A stretch of DNA of 64,000 bases from Malacoraja senta (Eukaryota), in the NCBI GenBank assembly GCA_038087875.1, contig CM075984.1:8866001-8930000 (forward strand), in the 5' to 3' direction. Of the stretch, positions 48,745 through 60,699 are shown one piece after another (the first letter of the stretch is position 1; the number at the start of each line of letters is the position of its first letter). The position numbers and the translations under genes were made by a program. The notes below the pieces were generated by a model. That model was not told the origin of the DNA. It saw only the letters and a list, made by a program, of their open reading frames with translations, and made no database searches.

Positions 48745-48917
48745 CAAGACGTAAGGATTTGTAGGTTAATTGGCCTCTGTAAATCACCCCTACTGCGTGG
48801 GATGCAAAAGTGGGATTACATAGAACCTATCACCAGTTTACGGGTGATAGATGTTCGGTGTGGACTCGGGCGGCCAAAGGGCCTGTTTCCACTCTGTATC
48901 TCTAAACTAAACTAAAC
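48745..48917 (+). mobile_element. 5'-truncated HE1-like V-SINE
   Basis: gggcctgtttcc...tgtatctctaaactaaactaaac tail, as in 58981-59297. Confidence 0.75.
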
Positions 48918-49146
48918 ATTTGGATAGAACAAAATGTGTAGGAAAGAACTGCAGATGCTGGTTTAAACTGAAGTAGTTTATATTGAAAACATCACCCATA
49001 TGGCTGATTGAAAATCAGTTGAAGCCTAAAAACAATGATGTTTTACATAAGCAGTAAAAACTATTTCTATTTACTTAACTTCTCATAATATAGCAATGTT
49101 ATCACATAAAATTTGACTACAACTTAAATACTAAAATACTAATTCA

Positions 49147-49350
49147 GTTCAGTTTAATTTATTGTCACGTGTACAGAGGGACAGTGAAAAGCTTGTTGCG
49201 TGCTATCCAGTCAGCAGAAAGACAATACATGATTACAATCAATCCGTTTACAGTATGTTGGGAATAACATGATAAGGGAATAACGTTTAGTCCAAGGTAA
49301 AGCCAGCAAAGTCCGATCAAGGATAGTCCGATAGTAAGAGGCAGATAGTA
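49147..49350 (-). mobile_element. LINE (Rex1-type) 3' UTR fragment; second copy at 54737-54915
   Basis: Two dispersed homologous segments ending ...ttttcactgt...gtacacgtgacaataaa(ctgaa)n on the minus strand. Confidence 0.55.
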
Positions 49351-49539
49351 GCAATGTTAAAAAATTTTGCTTTCATATCTTCAGGATTAAAACAAGTTAT
49401 GGCCATTTTCATACTCGGAAATTAGCATCTTGTTCCCTATTGCTTTTCCATTGCTTTTCCATTGACTTAACACAAAAGCTGTGATCGAGGACAGTCAAAA
49501 GCCCATAACTTTCTTAAAAATTAAGAGAACTGAATGAGC

Positions 49540-52500
49540 CCACTGGCGAAGCAGCGTGAGTACCACACTCACATCCCAGATTTCAGAATACCTGGGCCTG
49601 GGGGGATTGGAATTAAAAATACCCTTCATAAACCGGGATACTAAAGGGTGAGATCCAACAGAATGTTGTTCCGACCCCAGCCTTAAGTATGATGACAGGG
49701 CACTCCTGACACTATTGATGGCACTATAGCTCAACCCTTCATCAAAATATAGCGTTGACAGAAATTCTAGCACATCTGAGATGCAAGCCGTGTGATATGT
49801 AATGTCCCCCCCTAAGCAGAACACCTCCCATTTCCTGACATGAGAGATGTACTATTTTTGGTACTATCCCTCCAGGCCGCAGTGATCACATCCACGGTAC
49901 GATCGGATAGTCCAAGCCCCAGGTATGGCCTCCTCAGAATCTGCAAATTAACAGATCAATACGGTCATGTAATGGATGTTGATCCCCAGTTACAGGCTGC
50001 ATCAGTAGGTTACTACGTTTCGGGACAGCCATAAGAGGCCTACACAGCCAAAATGAGAGGGAACCATGGCTGTGTAGGCCAGTCGGGTACCACCAAACCT
50101 CCTGAGGCAGAGTCCTGCTTGATCTTGAGCAAGCACCGACTGATGAGGCAAAATGGGGGAAATGCATATAAAAACATTCCACCCCAATGTAGCGAGAATG
50201 CATCTACCGCTACTGCCCCTGGGTCTGGTTCCCATGAAACATACTTAGGTAACTGGTAATTGAGTCTGGATGCAAACAAATCGATATCTGACATCCCATA
50301 CCGAACAACAATATCATTAAATACATCATGATTCAACATCCATTCTGTATTGTCATTGAATTTGCGTGACCTGGTGTCTGCCACCATGTTGAATCTACCT
50401 GGTAGGTAGATAGCTGAAACCCAAATGTTTCTTGTAATACACCAGTGCCAAATAAGATTATCACAAGATTCCAACTTGATTCCACCCATGTGATTAACAT
50501 ACGCCACTGCCGTAGTGTTGTCAATCTGAAGCTGAACATGCAAGTGACGCTTAGTAGTACAATAAGCCTTAAGCCCATAAAATATTCCCAATAGCTCTAA
50601 ATAGTTAATCCCATGTGATTGTAGAATAAATGCCTCATGCATATTCCATCTGCCTCCACAGCTAGAGATGGTATCAGTAGCACCCCAACCTAGGGCACTA
50701 ACATCAGTCTGTAAGACAACTGAAGGTTCCTCAACCAGAATTTTGCTGGAGCAACTTGAGATGTTCATTATCCACCACTGCACTTCAGCAATGGCTTCAG
50801 CTGGTAATTGCATGGGCCTGTCGAAATGACCTGCATGTATCCCGAGTGCCTGCTCCTTTGCACATTGTAAATTTTGGTATTGCAAAGGTCCAAACTGTGC
50901 AGCTGGAAAGGCAGCCACTAATTTGCCAATCAAGCTGGTCACATGTCTAATTGAAGGTTGTTGCTCCACCATGAGCTTGTTACAGCCTTCAATTAAATCT
51001 AATCTCTTGCCCCTGGGCAGAGTCACTGACATGTGAGTTGAGTTAATAGTGAATCCCAAATAATCAATAACTCTAACTGGTATCAATTTGGATTTAACTG
51101 GATGAATGAGAAACCCCAATCTCTCAAACATGAGTTTAACAACTGAAACAGATAATTCAGCTGCTTCCCGCGTCTTCCCTATGATTAAGATATCATCCAA
51201 ATAAGCCATTACAATATGACCCTGAGCCCGGAGTAGCCCCAGTACTGGTTTTAACAGTATTGTAAATAATCTAGGGGCCGAGGTTAACCCATTAGGCAGT
51301 GCTTTAAATTGCCATAATTGCCTCATCCAGCTAAATTTCAAATATCTCCAATGATCCCTATGAACAGGCTGAGTAATATGCATTCTTAAGATCTATACAT
51401 GCCATATAACATCCTCTGTAAATCAGTTGTTTGGCAGTAACAAACGTTTCCATTTTGAAATGTTTATACTGCACAAAAGGATTAAGGCTCGTCATGTCAA
51501 AGATGATTCGACACCCCCCATCCTTCTTTGACCTAGGAAAAATATTAGACACGAATTGGTGAGGTTGATAAACCGCCTTCTCAATTACCCCTTTTTTATA
51601 TAACTTTTCAATTGCAGCTTGAACCTCCAAATTCTCTTTTTGTGAGAAAATGAGTGCCCGACTTGGTGTATGCTGTGTGGGTGGAGGCAAATTGGGAAGG
51701 AATGCAATTCGAAACCCTTGTATACTGCGCAGTATAAACAAATCTGATGTTATCCCATACCATTCCTTCAGAAACAAGTGTAATCTCCCCCCAACTTGTA
51801 GGTGATTCCCACTTAATATGTTCCGACAAGAACCAGACCCACCTACCTCCATGGTTATCGGTGGAATTTTCTGTCCCCTGTTTCTGGTGGGAAAGGACAT
51901 GTTTGCCCGTGCCCCTGTTGGAGTGCGCCAGCTGAGCATATTTGTGAATGGCCGGCTTTGTCCTTGACCTGACCCGGTTTCAGCAAACCGTTTGTAGGGA
52001 TACTGCCGCCGAAGCGTTCTGCTGGTCATCGGTGCTTTAATGAGTCCGACCGTTCTTGCCTCATCGTCCAGCTCCTTGACTCTTTTTGCGAGGTCTTTAC
52101 CAAACAGCAGATTCGGTGGCTGGATATTACTGGGTTTGCACAGAGCGGCGAACTTCGGGTTGATGGTAAGGCGGATGGCGCTCTTTCTCAGACAATTTAT
52201 CTCGAAGTGTGCATTGCACATGAGGGCCAGGGCATCCTGCTGTACATCAGACAGGTGCCCTCCATCCACCGACCTGGCGGACGCTGTAATGCCTGAGGCG
52301 AACAGCTTCAGCACCCTCTGAAGCCTTATTTCCTGAGCTCTGATGCCTACGCACATATGACCCCAGATGGCGTGGTTCACAGCTGGCACTTTGAGCAGGA
52401 CACAATTAGCCGGGGTGTCGTACTTCTTGGACATTTCATCCATAGTATGCTCTTGAAGCTGGTGTGAAGCCAAGTAATGAATACTTGCGGCCAACTCTTC

Positions 52501-53261
52501 ACCCAGCGGTTATCCTGAGTCTGTTGGGATGGCAAACCTTGCTGCCAGGAATGGTACCTCTGCCTCGTGCCCTTCATCCCTTGGGGTATGCTCCACAGCT
52601 AAACCCACAGACTCCGCGTCAGAATAATACTGACCCCGCATGCTCTCCTCCTCCAAGAGGGAGACATTAAGCAGCCCTGACACAGGTGCCGCTGGCGCGG
52701 GCTCTCGAAGAGGCCGGCGCTGACACAACTCCTCCTGTTGGAGTGTATCTTGGTGGAGCATCCTCTCCATTAGGAGCTACATCTTGGACAACCGTCCAAA
52801 TATGTTATCCATTACCGGAGGGGAACCCTCCCGGCCCGACTCGTCCGAGTCCACTGGCAGTGCAGACTTTTTAGTGGCTTTCCGCCCCAAAGGTGCAGCC
52901 ACGGTGCTCTCAGACACCAAGTCTGCAGTCGCTGGTCGTACCGCTAGCAACTCGGTAGGTGAGCTAGATGGCCGCCCGCGACCCGCACTCCCGCATTCTT
53001 CCACAGCTACTCTCTCGGCGGCTCGCCTTGACTTCACCCTCGACGCTTTCTCCATACTCGAACTTGCTCCTGAAACAAGAATTACCAAGCGCAGAAAACG
53101 ACCTCAGACTAAGTTTTACACTTACCTGAGGGTTTTTAAAACTTACCGCTGGAGGATCGATGCTCCTCCCAGCCGGTCGCTGCGCCATGCGTCAGACGTA
53201 ATGACACGCATGCTGACTGGCGGGGTTCTTAACGGAATCACTCACGTGACTCCGAAGTAAA
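49540..53261 (-). mobile_element. DIRS1-like tyrosine-recombinase retrotransposon (gag-RT-RNase H-MT, truncated YR); 3' end missing
   Basis: VGGRLHLFLKEW, KKDGGCRIIFD, DLKNAY, LPNGLTSAP, YLDD (RT); TDVSALGWG, INYLEL, IDNTTAVAYVNHMGG (RNase H); DLFAS...DAF...YAFPPF...PDWPTQPWF (MT); SYSAINSVRSALS...HPLVSRFMKG..PRY..IWDV (YR N-terminus). Begins TTTT at ~53262. Confidence 0.93.
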
Positions 53262-53275
53262 ATCAACATCTAGAG

Positions 53276-53509
53276 CAAGGGTTCCCAACCTGGGGTAAAT
53301 TTACCCCCAGAGGGTAAATTTCGCCTACCCAGGGGGTAAATTTGTTGATTCTGGATTTGTACATATTTTTTCTCATTGACTGACTGTGTTTGGTTCTGGT
53401 TTACCAGTATCTGTTCATCATTAGTTGTTCATAAATAAGTGAAATAACATTGTTATGTGCTATTAAAGTTACCAGGGGTAAACAGGATGAAAAAGGTTGG
53501 GAACCCCTG
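53276..53509. mobile_element. hAT-Charlie-type MITE (234 bp)
   Basis: TIRs CAAGGGTTCCCAACCT / AGGTTGGGAACCCCTG; 8-bp TSD ATCTAGAG / ATCCAGAG (NTCTAGAN preference); internal GGGTAAA repeats. Confidence 0.9.
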
Positions 53510-55029
53510 ATCCAGAGATAGGGGCACGTCACTGATGAAATTGACTTCAAATTGACCAATATTTAATCCAAAGAAATTTCTGGTCATTCAGTTCTGAATG
53601 GTGATTTAAACAGGAAATGTGGAGGCAAGTTGGAGTTGAGTGATGTCAGGAAATATATGAGACTTGAAGCTCTTGAACCACCTGCACAACCTTAATTCTA
53701 GAACACTACAGTCCACTTCTTGTTTTTTTTAAATTGCGTTTTGCACCAATATTTGCCTGTGATACTGCTGCAAACACAATTTTCATTGTACATTTACAGT
53801 ACATCACCATACTTGTGCATATGACAATTAACTAATAAACTCAACTTGATTTGACTTGACTTGGGTTTTCAGACGTATGGCAGCTTGCAGATAAAAATTA
53901 GCATGAAACCAAGGATATGCTATAGTAAGGGTAACATGTTTGCCAACAATAATTTATTTAAGGTGGGAACACCTTGTCAGAAAAATAGTGGACCTTGAGC
54001 AATAGAGAGAAAAGCAAATGGGAAGAAGTTGCTTGAAACAAGACAAAATAGTCTTCAGTAACTAGTTGTAGAAAACATACTTAAACCATTATCACCATGA
54101 ACAACTACTGGAAAAGTCATGTAAATTAATATAATTGAATAATAAATTGAGGAACTCTCACAGGCAGACAATTTAATCATATTTAAATTAATCATATTTA
54201 ATGTGCCTATGGATTTCAATTGCTCAGCTACAGGTCAATGGAAATCTTTTGTGCTGTTTAATAAGAAACAGTTATAAATCTTGGAATCTGACTAACTTAC
54301 AACCTTAAGCACTTTTTTTGAATGCTGAGCATGAACAAGGAGCTATTAAGTCAGAGGCAACAAATTCCTCACAGATGAACAGGGAGAACTGGGAGACTTG
54401 TGCCAAGTTTATTTTGCATTAACTGAATACTAGAAACAAGCCTCTCACTCATGACACAGGTATAAGTGCTGATGTTTGCAAATTAGATTGTTAATCTTTT
54501 CTTAAGAAGCTGGCAGGTCCACCTTAACTTGAGCATTAAAGGTTTTCAAGAGTTCAAGCTGTTAGCTGATTATACAAGTGCGCATGTAGCCCTTTTTGCC
54601 TTTGGTCCTCACACAGACTAAGCTTGTTTTGTGCATTAATATACATCAGATTCACTAGCTACGATTTTGCACCATTGTTTGCCTTTGTATGGGGTAGATG
54701 AATATGCAGCCTGGAAATTGGCAGTTGTAGTTGCCTTTCAGTTTACAGTTTAGTCTATTATCACATGTACCGAGGTACAGTGAAAAGCTTTTGCTGCGTG
54801 CTATCCAGTCAGCGGAAAGACAATACATGATTACAATCGAGCCATTTACAGTGTATTGATACATGATAAGGGAATAATGTTTAGTGTAAGGTAAAGCCAG
54901 TAAAGTCCGAACAAGGGAGTTTCTGTTACTATGCAACAAATTGAAAAGTAAAATTTAAAAAATTGTTATTTTGAAAGGACTTGTTGGAGGCTAAACTGGA
55001 TAGTCCTGGGAAACAGGTAGTGCAATGAT

Positions 55030-55725
55030 GATGATCGCCTTAGTCTGCGCTTGGTCTTGCCGGTATGCAGGAGTCCACAACTGGAACAGCGGATACAGTA
55101 GATGAGGTTGGAGGAGGTGCAAGTGAACCTCTGCCTCTCCTGAAAGGAGTCAAGAAAGGAGGTATAGGGACAGGTGTTGCATCTCCTGTGGTTGCAAAGG
55201 AATGTACCTGGGGAAGGGATGGTTTGGGTGGAAAGGGATGAGTTAACCAAGGAGTTGCAGAGGGAACAGTCCTTGTGGAAAGCGGAAAGGGGTGGAGATG
55301 GGAAGATGTGACTAGTGGTGGGATCCCTTTGGAGGTGGCAAAAATGTCGGAGGATTATGTGCTGCATGCGATGGAGGAAGGGGGCACAAAAGTACCGAGG
55401 AGACATTTGTGAGGGCTTCATCTATAACAGAAGAGGGGAACCCCTGTTCCCTAAAGAATGAGGACATCTCGGATGCCCTGGTATGGAACACCTAATCTTG
55501 GGCGCAGATGCGGCGTAGACGGGAGTAGGGGATAGAGGCTTTGCAGGAGGCAGGGTGGGTTGAAGTTTAGTCTAGATAACTGTGGGAGTCAGAACGTTTA
55601 TAATAGACATCAGTCAAAAGTCTATCTTCTATGATGAAGACGGTGAGATCAAGAAAGGAGAGGGAGGTGTCGGAAATGGTCCAAGTGAATTTGAGTGCAG
55701 GTTGGAAATTGGTAGTGAAGTTCGG
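55030..55725 (-). mobile_element. Degraded Penelope fragment
   Basis: NFQPALKFTWTISDT; CNHRRCNTC; NLIYCIRCSSCGLLHTGKTKRRL. Confidence 0.85.
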
Positions 55726-56370
55726 CATGTCTGAGGGGCTGAAGGGTGCCAATGAAGCCTGGCTTTCTAGTACAATACCTCTCCTTGTTATCTCCCTCCT
55801 CATCCTCCCCTATAGTTGTTGACAAGGCCTCAGCCTAATTGTTTGTCAGATGATACAATTGATATCCGACACAATGCAGAATGCGGTGCTTCATTACAGT
55901 GATGGTCTGCTAGATTAGGTTGCAGGAACATTATGGCTCTTGCTATATAAGTGCTTGTCTCTGGTGTGGCCATTGAAGTGGAAGCAGGGGTCAGGTGGTT
56001 TGCTTCTTGCGTAAAAGACCACCTATCATGATGGCACAACGATGGAATGTGTAGTACACAGTTGTAAGATGAGGTGTCATAAACGATCATCTAATATCTG
56101 CCATTGACCGTCATGATCTCCTGAATATGGTCGCAGATCAGCTGGACATTCAGGAAGTGAAATGGTTTGTGATAATCTCAGATTCTCAAGTTTTAAAGAT
56201 TGTAAAGATGGAAGTATACCCCTCGGCCCACCAAGTCCATGCCGAACATTGATCACCCCATCTCACTGGTTCTATGCTATCCCACTTTTTCACCCACTCC
56301 CTACACACTAGGGCTATTTACAGAGGCCAATTAACCTACAAAGCAGCATGTCTTTGGGATGTGGAAGGAA

Positions 56371-58198
56371 AAAGATTAGTTAAAACAAATGTAGGTCCCT
56401 TGCAGTCAGAAACTGGTGAATTGATCATGGGGAACAAGGATATGGCAGACCAACTGAATAACTACTTTGGTTCTGTCTTCACTAAGGAAGACATAAATAT
56501 TCTGCCGGAAATAGCAGGGGACCGGGGGTCAAATGAGATGGAGGAACTGAGTGAAATCCCGGTTAGCCGGGAAGTGGTGTTAGGTAAATTGAATGGATTA
56601 AAGGCCGATAAATCCCCAGGGCCAGACAGGCTGCATCCCAGAGTACTTAAGGAAGTAGCCCCAGAAATAGTGGATGCATTAGTGGTAATTTTCCAGAACT
56701 CTTTAGATTCTGGAGTAGTTCCTGAGGATTGGAGGGTAGCTAATGTAACCCCACTTTTTAAAAAGGGAGGGAGAGAGAAAATGGGGAATTACAGACCAGT
56801 TAGTCTAACATCGGTAGTGGGGAAAATGCTAGAGTCAGTTATTAAAGATGAGATAGCAGCACATTTGGAAAGTGGTGAAATCATTGGACAAAGTCAGCAT
56901 GGATTTATGAAAGGTAAATCATGTCTAACGAATCTTATAGAATTTTTCGAGGATGTAACTAGTAGAGTGGATAAGGGAGAACCAGTGGATGTGTTATATC
57001 TGGACTTTCAGAAGGCTTTCGACAAGGTCCCACATAAGAGATTAGTATGCAAACTTAAAGCACACGGTATTGGGGGTTCAGTATTGATGTGGATAGAGAA
57101 CTGGCTGGCAGACAGGAAGCAAAGAGTAGGAGTAAACAGGTCCTTTTCAGAATGGCAGGCAGTGACTAGTGGGGTACCGCAAGGCTCAGTGCTGGGACCC
57201 CAGCTATTTACAATATATATTAATGAACTGGATGAGGGAATTGAATGCAACATCTCCAAGTTTGCGGATGACACGAAGCTGGGGGGCAGTGTTAGCTGTG
57301 AGGAGGATGCTAGGAGGCTGCAAGGTGACTTGGATAGGTTGGGTGAGTGGGAAACTGCAAGGCAGATGCAGTATAATGTGGATAAATGTGAGGTTATCCA
57401 CTTTGGTGGCAAAAACAGGAAAGTAGACTATTATCTGAATGGTGGCCGATTAGGAAAAGGGGAGATGTAACGAGATCTGGGTGTCATGGTACACCAATCA
57501 TTGAAAGCAGGCATGCAGGTGCAGCAGGCAGTGAAGAAAGTGAATGGTATGTTAGCATTCATAGCAAAAGGATTTGAGTATAAGAGCAGGGAGGTTCTAC
57601 TGCAGTTGTACAGGGTCTTGGTGAGATCACAACTGGAGTATTGCGTACAGTTTTGGTCACCAAATCTGAGGAAAGACATTCTTGCCATAGAGGGAGTACA
57701 GAGCAGGTTCACCAGACTGATTCCTGGGATGGCAAGACTTTCATATTAAGAAAGACTGGATAGACTCGGCTTGTACTCGCTAGAATTTAGAAGATTGAGG
57801 GGGGATCTTATAGAAACTTACAAGATTCTTAAGGTGTTGGACAGGCTCGATGCAGGAAGATTGTTCCCGATGTTGGGGAAGTCCAGAACAAGGGGTCACA
57901 GTTTAAGGATAAGGGGGAAGTCTTTTAGGACCGAGATGAGAAAATCATTTTTCACACAGAAAGTGGTGAATCTGTGGAATTCTCTGCCACAGAAGGTAGT
58001 TGAGGCCAGCTCATTGGCTATATTTAAGAGGGAGTTAGATGTGGCCCTTGTGGCTAAAGGGATCAGGGGTTATGGAGAGAAGGCAGGTACAGGATACTGA
58101 GTTGGATGATCAGCCATGATCATATTGAATGGCGGTGCAGGCTCGAAGGGCCGAATGCCCTACTCCTGCACCTATTTTCTATGTTTCTATGTTTCTAT
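56371..58198 (+). mobile_element. Young 5'-truncated CR1 LINE (ORF2 RT to 3' tail) nested in a minus-strand V-SINE (56200-56370 + 58199-58305)
   Basis: KSPGPD, NYRPVSLTS, YLDFQKAFDKVPH, GVPQGSVLGP, FADDTKL. The three ORF pieces share one frame broken only by stops at 57468 and 57747. (ctatgttt)n tail. Confidence 0.96.
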
Positions 58199-58309
58199 GA
58201 AACAAGAGCACCTGGACTAGACCGATGAAGAAACAGGGCGAACATGCAAACTCTACATACACAGCACCCGTGGTTAGGATCGAAATAGTCTCGGGCACTG
58301 TAAAACAAT

Positions 58310-58610
58310 GTCTCATTGCGACGTTATGTTACAACTGTATCAGTCATTGGTGAAACTGAACTTGGACTACTGTGAGCAGTTCTGATTGCCCAGTTACAGG
58401 AAATATGTTACTAAGTTGAAATGGGTGCAGAAAAGATTGACAAAGATGTGAGTGGGACTGGCGGACTTGAGTTGGAAGGAGAGGCTGGATAGGGTAGTAC
58501 ATTTTCGAGCGACATGGTCAAAGCACAGGCAACTAGGACTAGCTCAGTTGGACAAATTGGTCAGCATGGATGAATTGTCTGAAGGGCCTGTTTCTATGCA
58601 ATATCACACT
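58310..58610 (+). mobile_element. Degraded CR1 3' fragment
   Basis: LQLYQSLVKLNLDYCEQF...WVQKRLTK remnant and gggcctgtttct tail. Confidence 0.65.
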
Positions 58611-58980
58611 ATTTATCCATGACCTAGTTAAGGCAAAGCGAGTGCAATCAGCCTCTGTCCAATCGGGAAGCCTGCTTTCCTACAGCATTCATGCAGCCTT
58701 TCAGTGTGCCAGTCTCTTTTGAGGAAACAAATTTGGTTTCCAAAGAATAAAATACCTCCACAAACTCCATATTGCAGTATAATGCTGTAAATTGTGAAGC
58801 ATGATTAATGTCTCCTGCACCTGTCTGAGTAGACCTGTTGGCATAGAAGATGATAGCCATTGTCGCCAATGGTAATATAGACCTGGCTTTGCTCTATTCT
58901 TGCCGCATATGTCATATTTTTGTCAGCGCTTCCTTGGAGAAGCGGTCCCACCTGAAGCATTGCTCATGACTGAAGCACAT

Positions 58981-59297
58981 GGGTGGCACGTTGGCACAGC
59001 GGTAGAACTACTATCTTACAGCGTCAGAGACCTGGGTTTGATCCTTATTACGGGTGCTTGTCTGTACGGAGTTTGTACGTTCACTCCATGATCTGCGTGG
59101 GTTTCCTCTGAGATCTTCGGTTTCCTCCCACACTCCAAAGACGTACAGGTTTGTAGGTTAATTGGCTTGGTATAAATATTAAAAAAAATGTCCCTAGTGT
59201 GTGTAGGGCAGTGTTAGCATGCGGGGATCGCTGTTCAGTGCAGACGCAGTGGGCCGAAGGGCCTGTTTCTATGCTGTATCTCTAAACTAAACTAAAC
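58981..59297 (+). mobile_element. Full-length V-SINE (HE1-like; tRNA head, V-domain, CR1-derived tail)
   Basis: A-box TGGCACAGCGG, B-box GGTTTGATCC, V-domain tgcgtgggtttcc...ggtttcctcccaca, tail gggccgaagggcctgtttct...(ctaaa)n. Confidence 0.88.
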
Positions 59298-59443
59298 AAC
59301 ATACCTGAACACCCTCTGAGAATGAGCTCCCCTGCAGAGAGCTCTCCTATCATTCTTCCTCCTCCTCCTCTCTCAGCAAGTAGCGCTGCTCTTTATGCTC
59401 TCCACTTTCCCTATTAATGTCAATGATTGTGATGAATAATCAC

Positions 59444-59524
59444 AATTTAGGCCAGATTCTGCGTTACCAGGTGAGGGGTTACCTGGTAACCCCTCACCTG
59501 GTAACACAGAATCTGGCCTAAATT
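59444..59524. repeat. 81-bp near-perfect palindrome (40-bp arms, 1 mismatch, 1-nt spacer)
   Basis: AATTTAGGCCAGATTCTGCGTTACCAGGTGAGGGGTTACC-T-GGTAACCCCTCACCTGGTAACACAGAATCTGGCCTAAATT. Confidence 0.95.
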
Positions 59525-59738
59525 CACGATACAATCCCAACTTTTGACACCTTCCCTGTATCTTCATAAATCATGAACATTCTCATTCAAATCAATCAAA
59601 AATTGATCTACAGATATGATTGATTCCTTTAACTAGCACATGTGTGCACAGTGGGGATGTGGATGAGTGGGAGATCGGGGGTGATCTAGATACATCACAC
59701 CCATTCTGAATGTAATATGTGTTGGGAACTACATACAT

Positions 59739-59835
59739 TCAGTCTGAAGAAAGGAACTGACCCAAAACGTCACCTATCCTTTTTCTCCAGAGATGCTGCC
59801 TGACCTGCTGAGTTACTCCAGCATTTTGTGTCTAT
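59739..59835 (+). mobile_element. Penelope terminal mini-element (degenerate hammerhead)
   Basis: cagtCTGAAGA...AAAACGTCacc...ttttgtgtcta. Confidence 0.8.
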
Positions 59836-60025
59836 GCCAGCATTGGATGGCATGGGCCCTATTGTCCTAGATGGCCTATTCATCTGTGCCAACATTTTCT
59901 CAAGAAACTCCAACTGAATTGGCACTCATAACATCCATTCATCCAATGTCATAATCCAGGTGTGGATTTACGCCCAGTGACAGGATTGTAGACTGTTGTA
60001 GAAACTATCTAATTTATTTTCTATT

Positions 60026-60685
60026 TAGTCATAGTCATTGTGACACAGAAATAGGCTCTTCAGCCCAACTTGCCCATACTGACCAAGATACCCATATCCC
60101 TCTAAACCTTTCCTATCAATGTACCTGTCCAAATGTCTTTTAAATCTTGTTATAGTACCTACCACAACCACCTCCTCTGGCAGCTCGTTCCATATATCTT
60201 CCACGATCTGTGTGAAAAAGTTGCCAGGTTGCATCTTAAACCTATGTTCTCTGGTTCTTCTCCTAACCTGGGTAAAAGACTGTGCATTCACCCTATCTAT
60301 TCCCTTCATGGTCATATACACCTCTAAAACATCACCAGATTCTTGAAATAAAATCCCAGCCTGCCAAATCTCTCCCTATAATTCAAGCCATGCAACATCC
60401 TCGTAAATCTTCTCTGCACTCTTTCCAGCTCTATGACATCCTTCCTATAGCATGGTGACCAAAACCGAACACAATACTCCAAATGCAGCCTCACCAATAT
60501 CTTGTGCAACTGTAACATAACAGCCCAACTTCCATGCTCAATACCGTGATCAATGAAGGCCAATATACCAGTCATTCCTGACCACCCTATCTACCTGTGA
60601 CACCACTTTCAGGGAACTAGGTACCTGCACTCCTCGATCACTCTGCTCTACAACACTCCCCAGGGCCCTGCCATTCACTTTGAAG
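60026..60685 (-). mobile_element. CR1 3' fragment
   Basis: LVRLHLEYCVRFWSPCYRKDVIELERVQRRFTRM; IWNELPEEVV. Confidence 0.85.
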
Positions 60686-60699
60686 TTATGAATGTATAA

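Noticed and set aside
58981-59055. Possible tRNA genes (also 9555-9625)
   Set aside because: The A/B boxes run straight into SINE bodies and LINE-derived tails; no proper cloverleaf.
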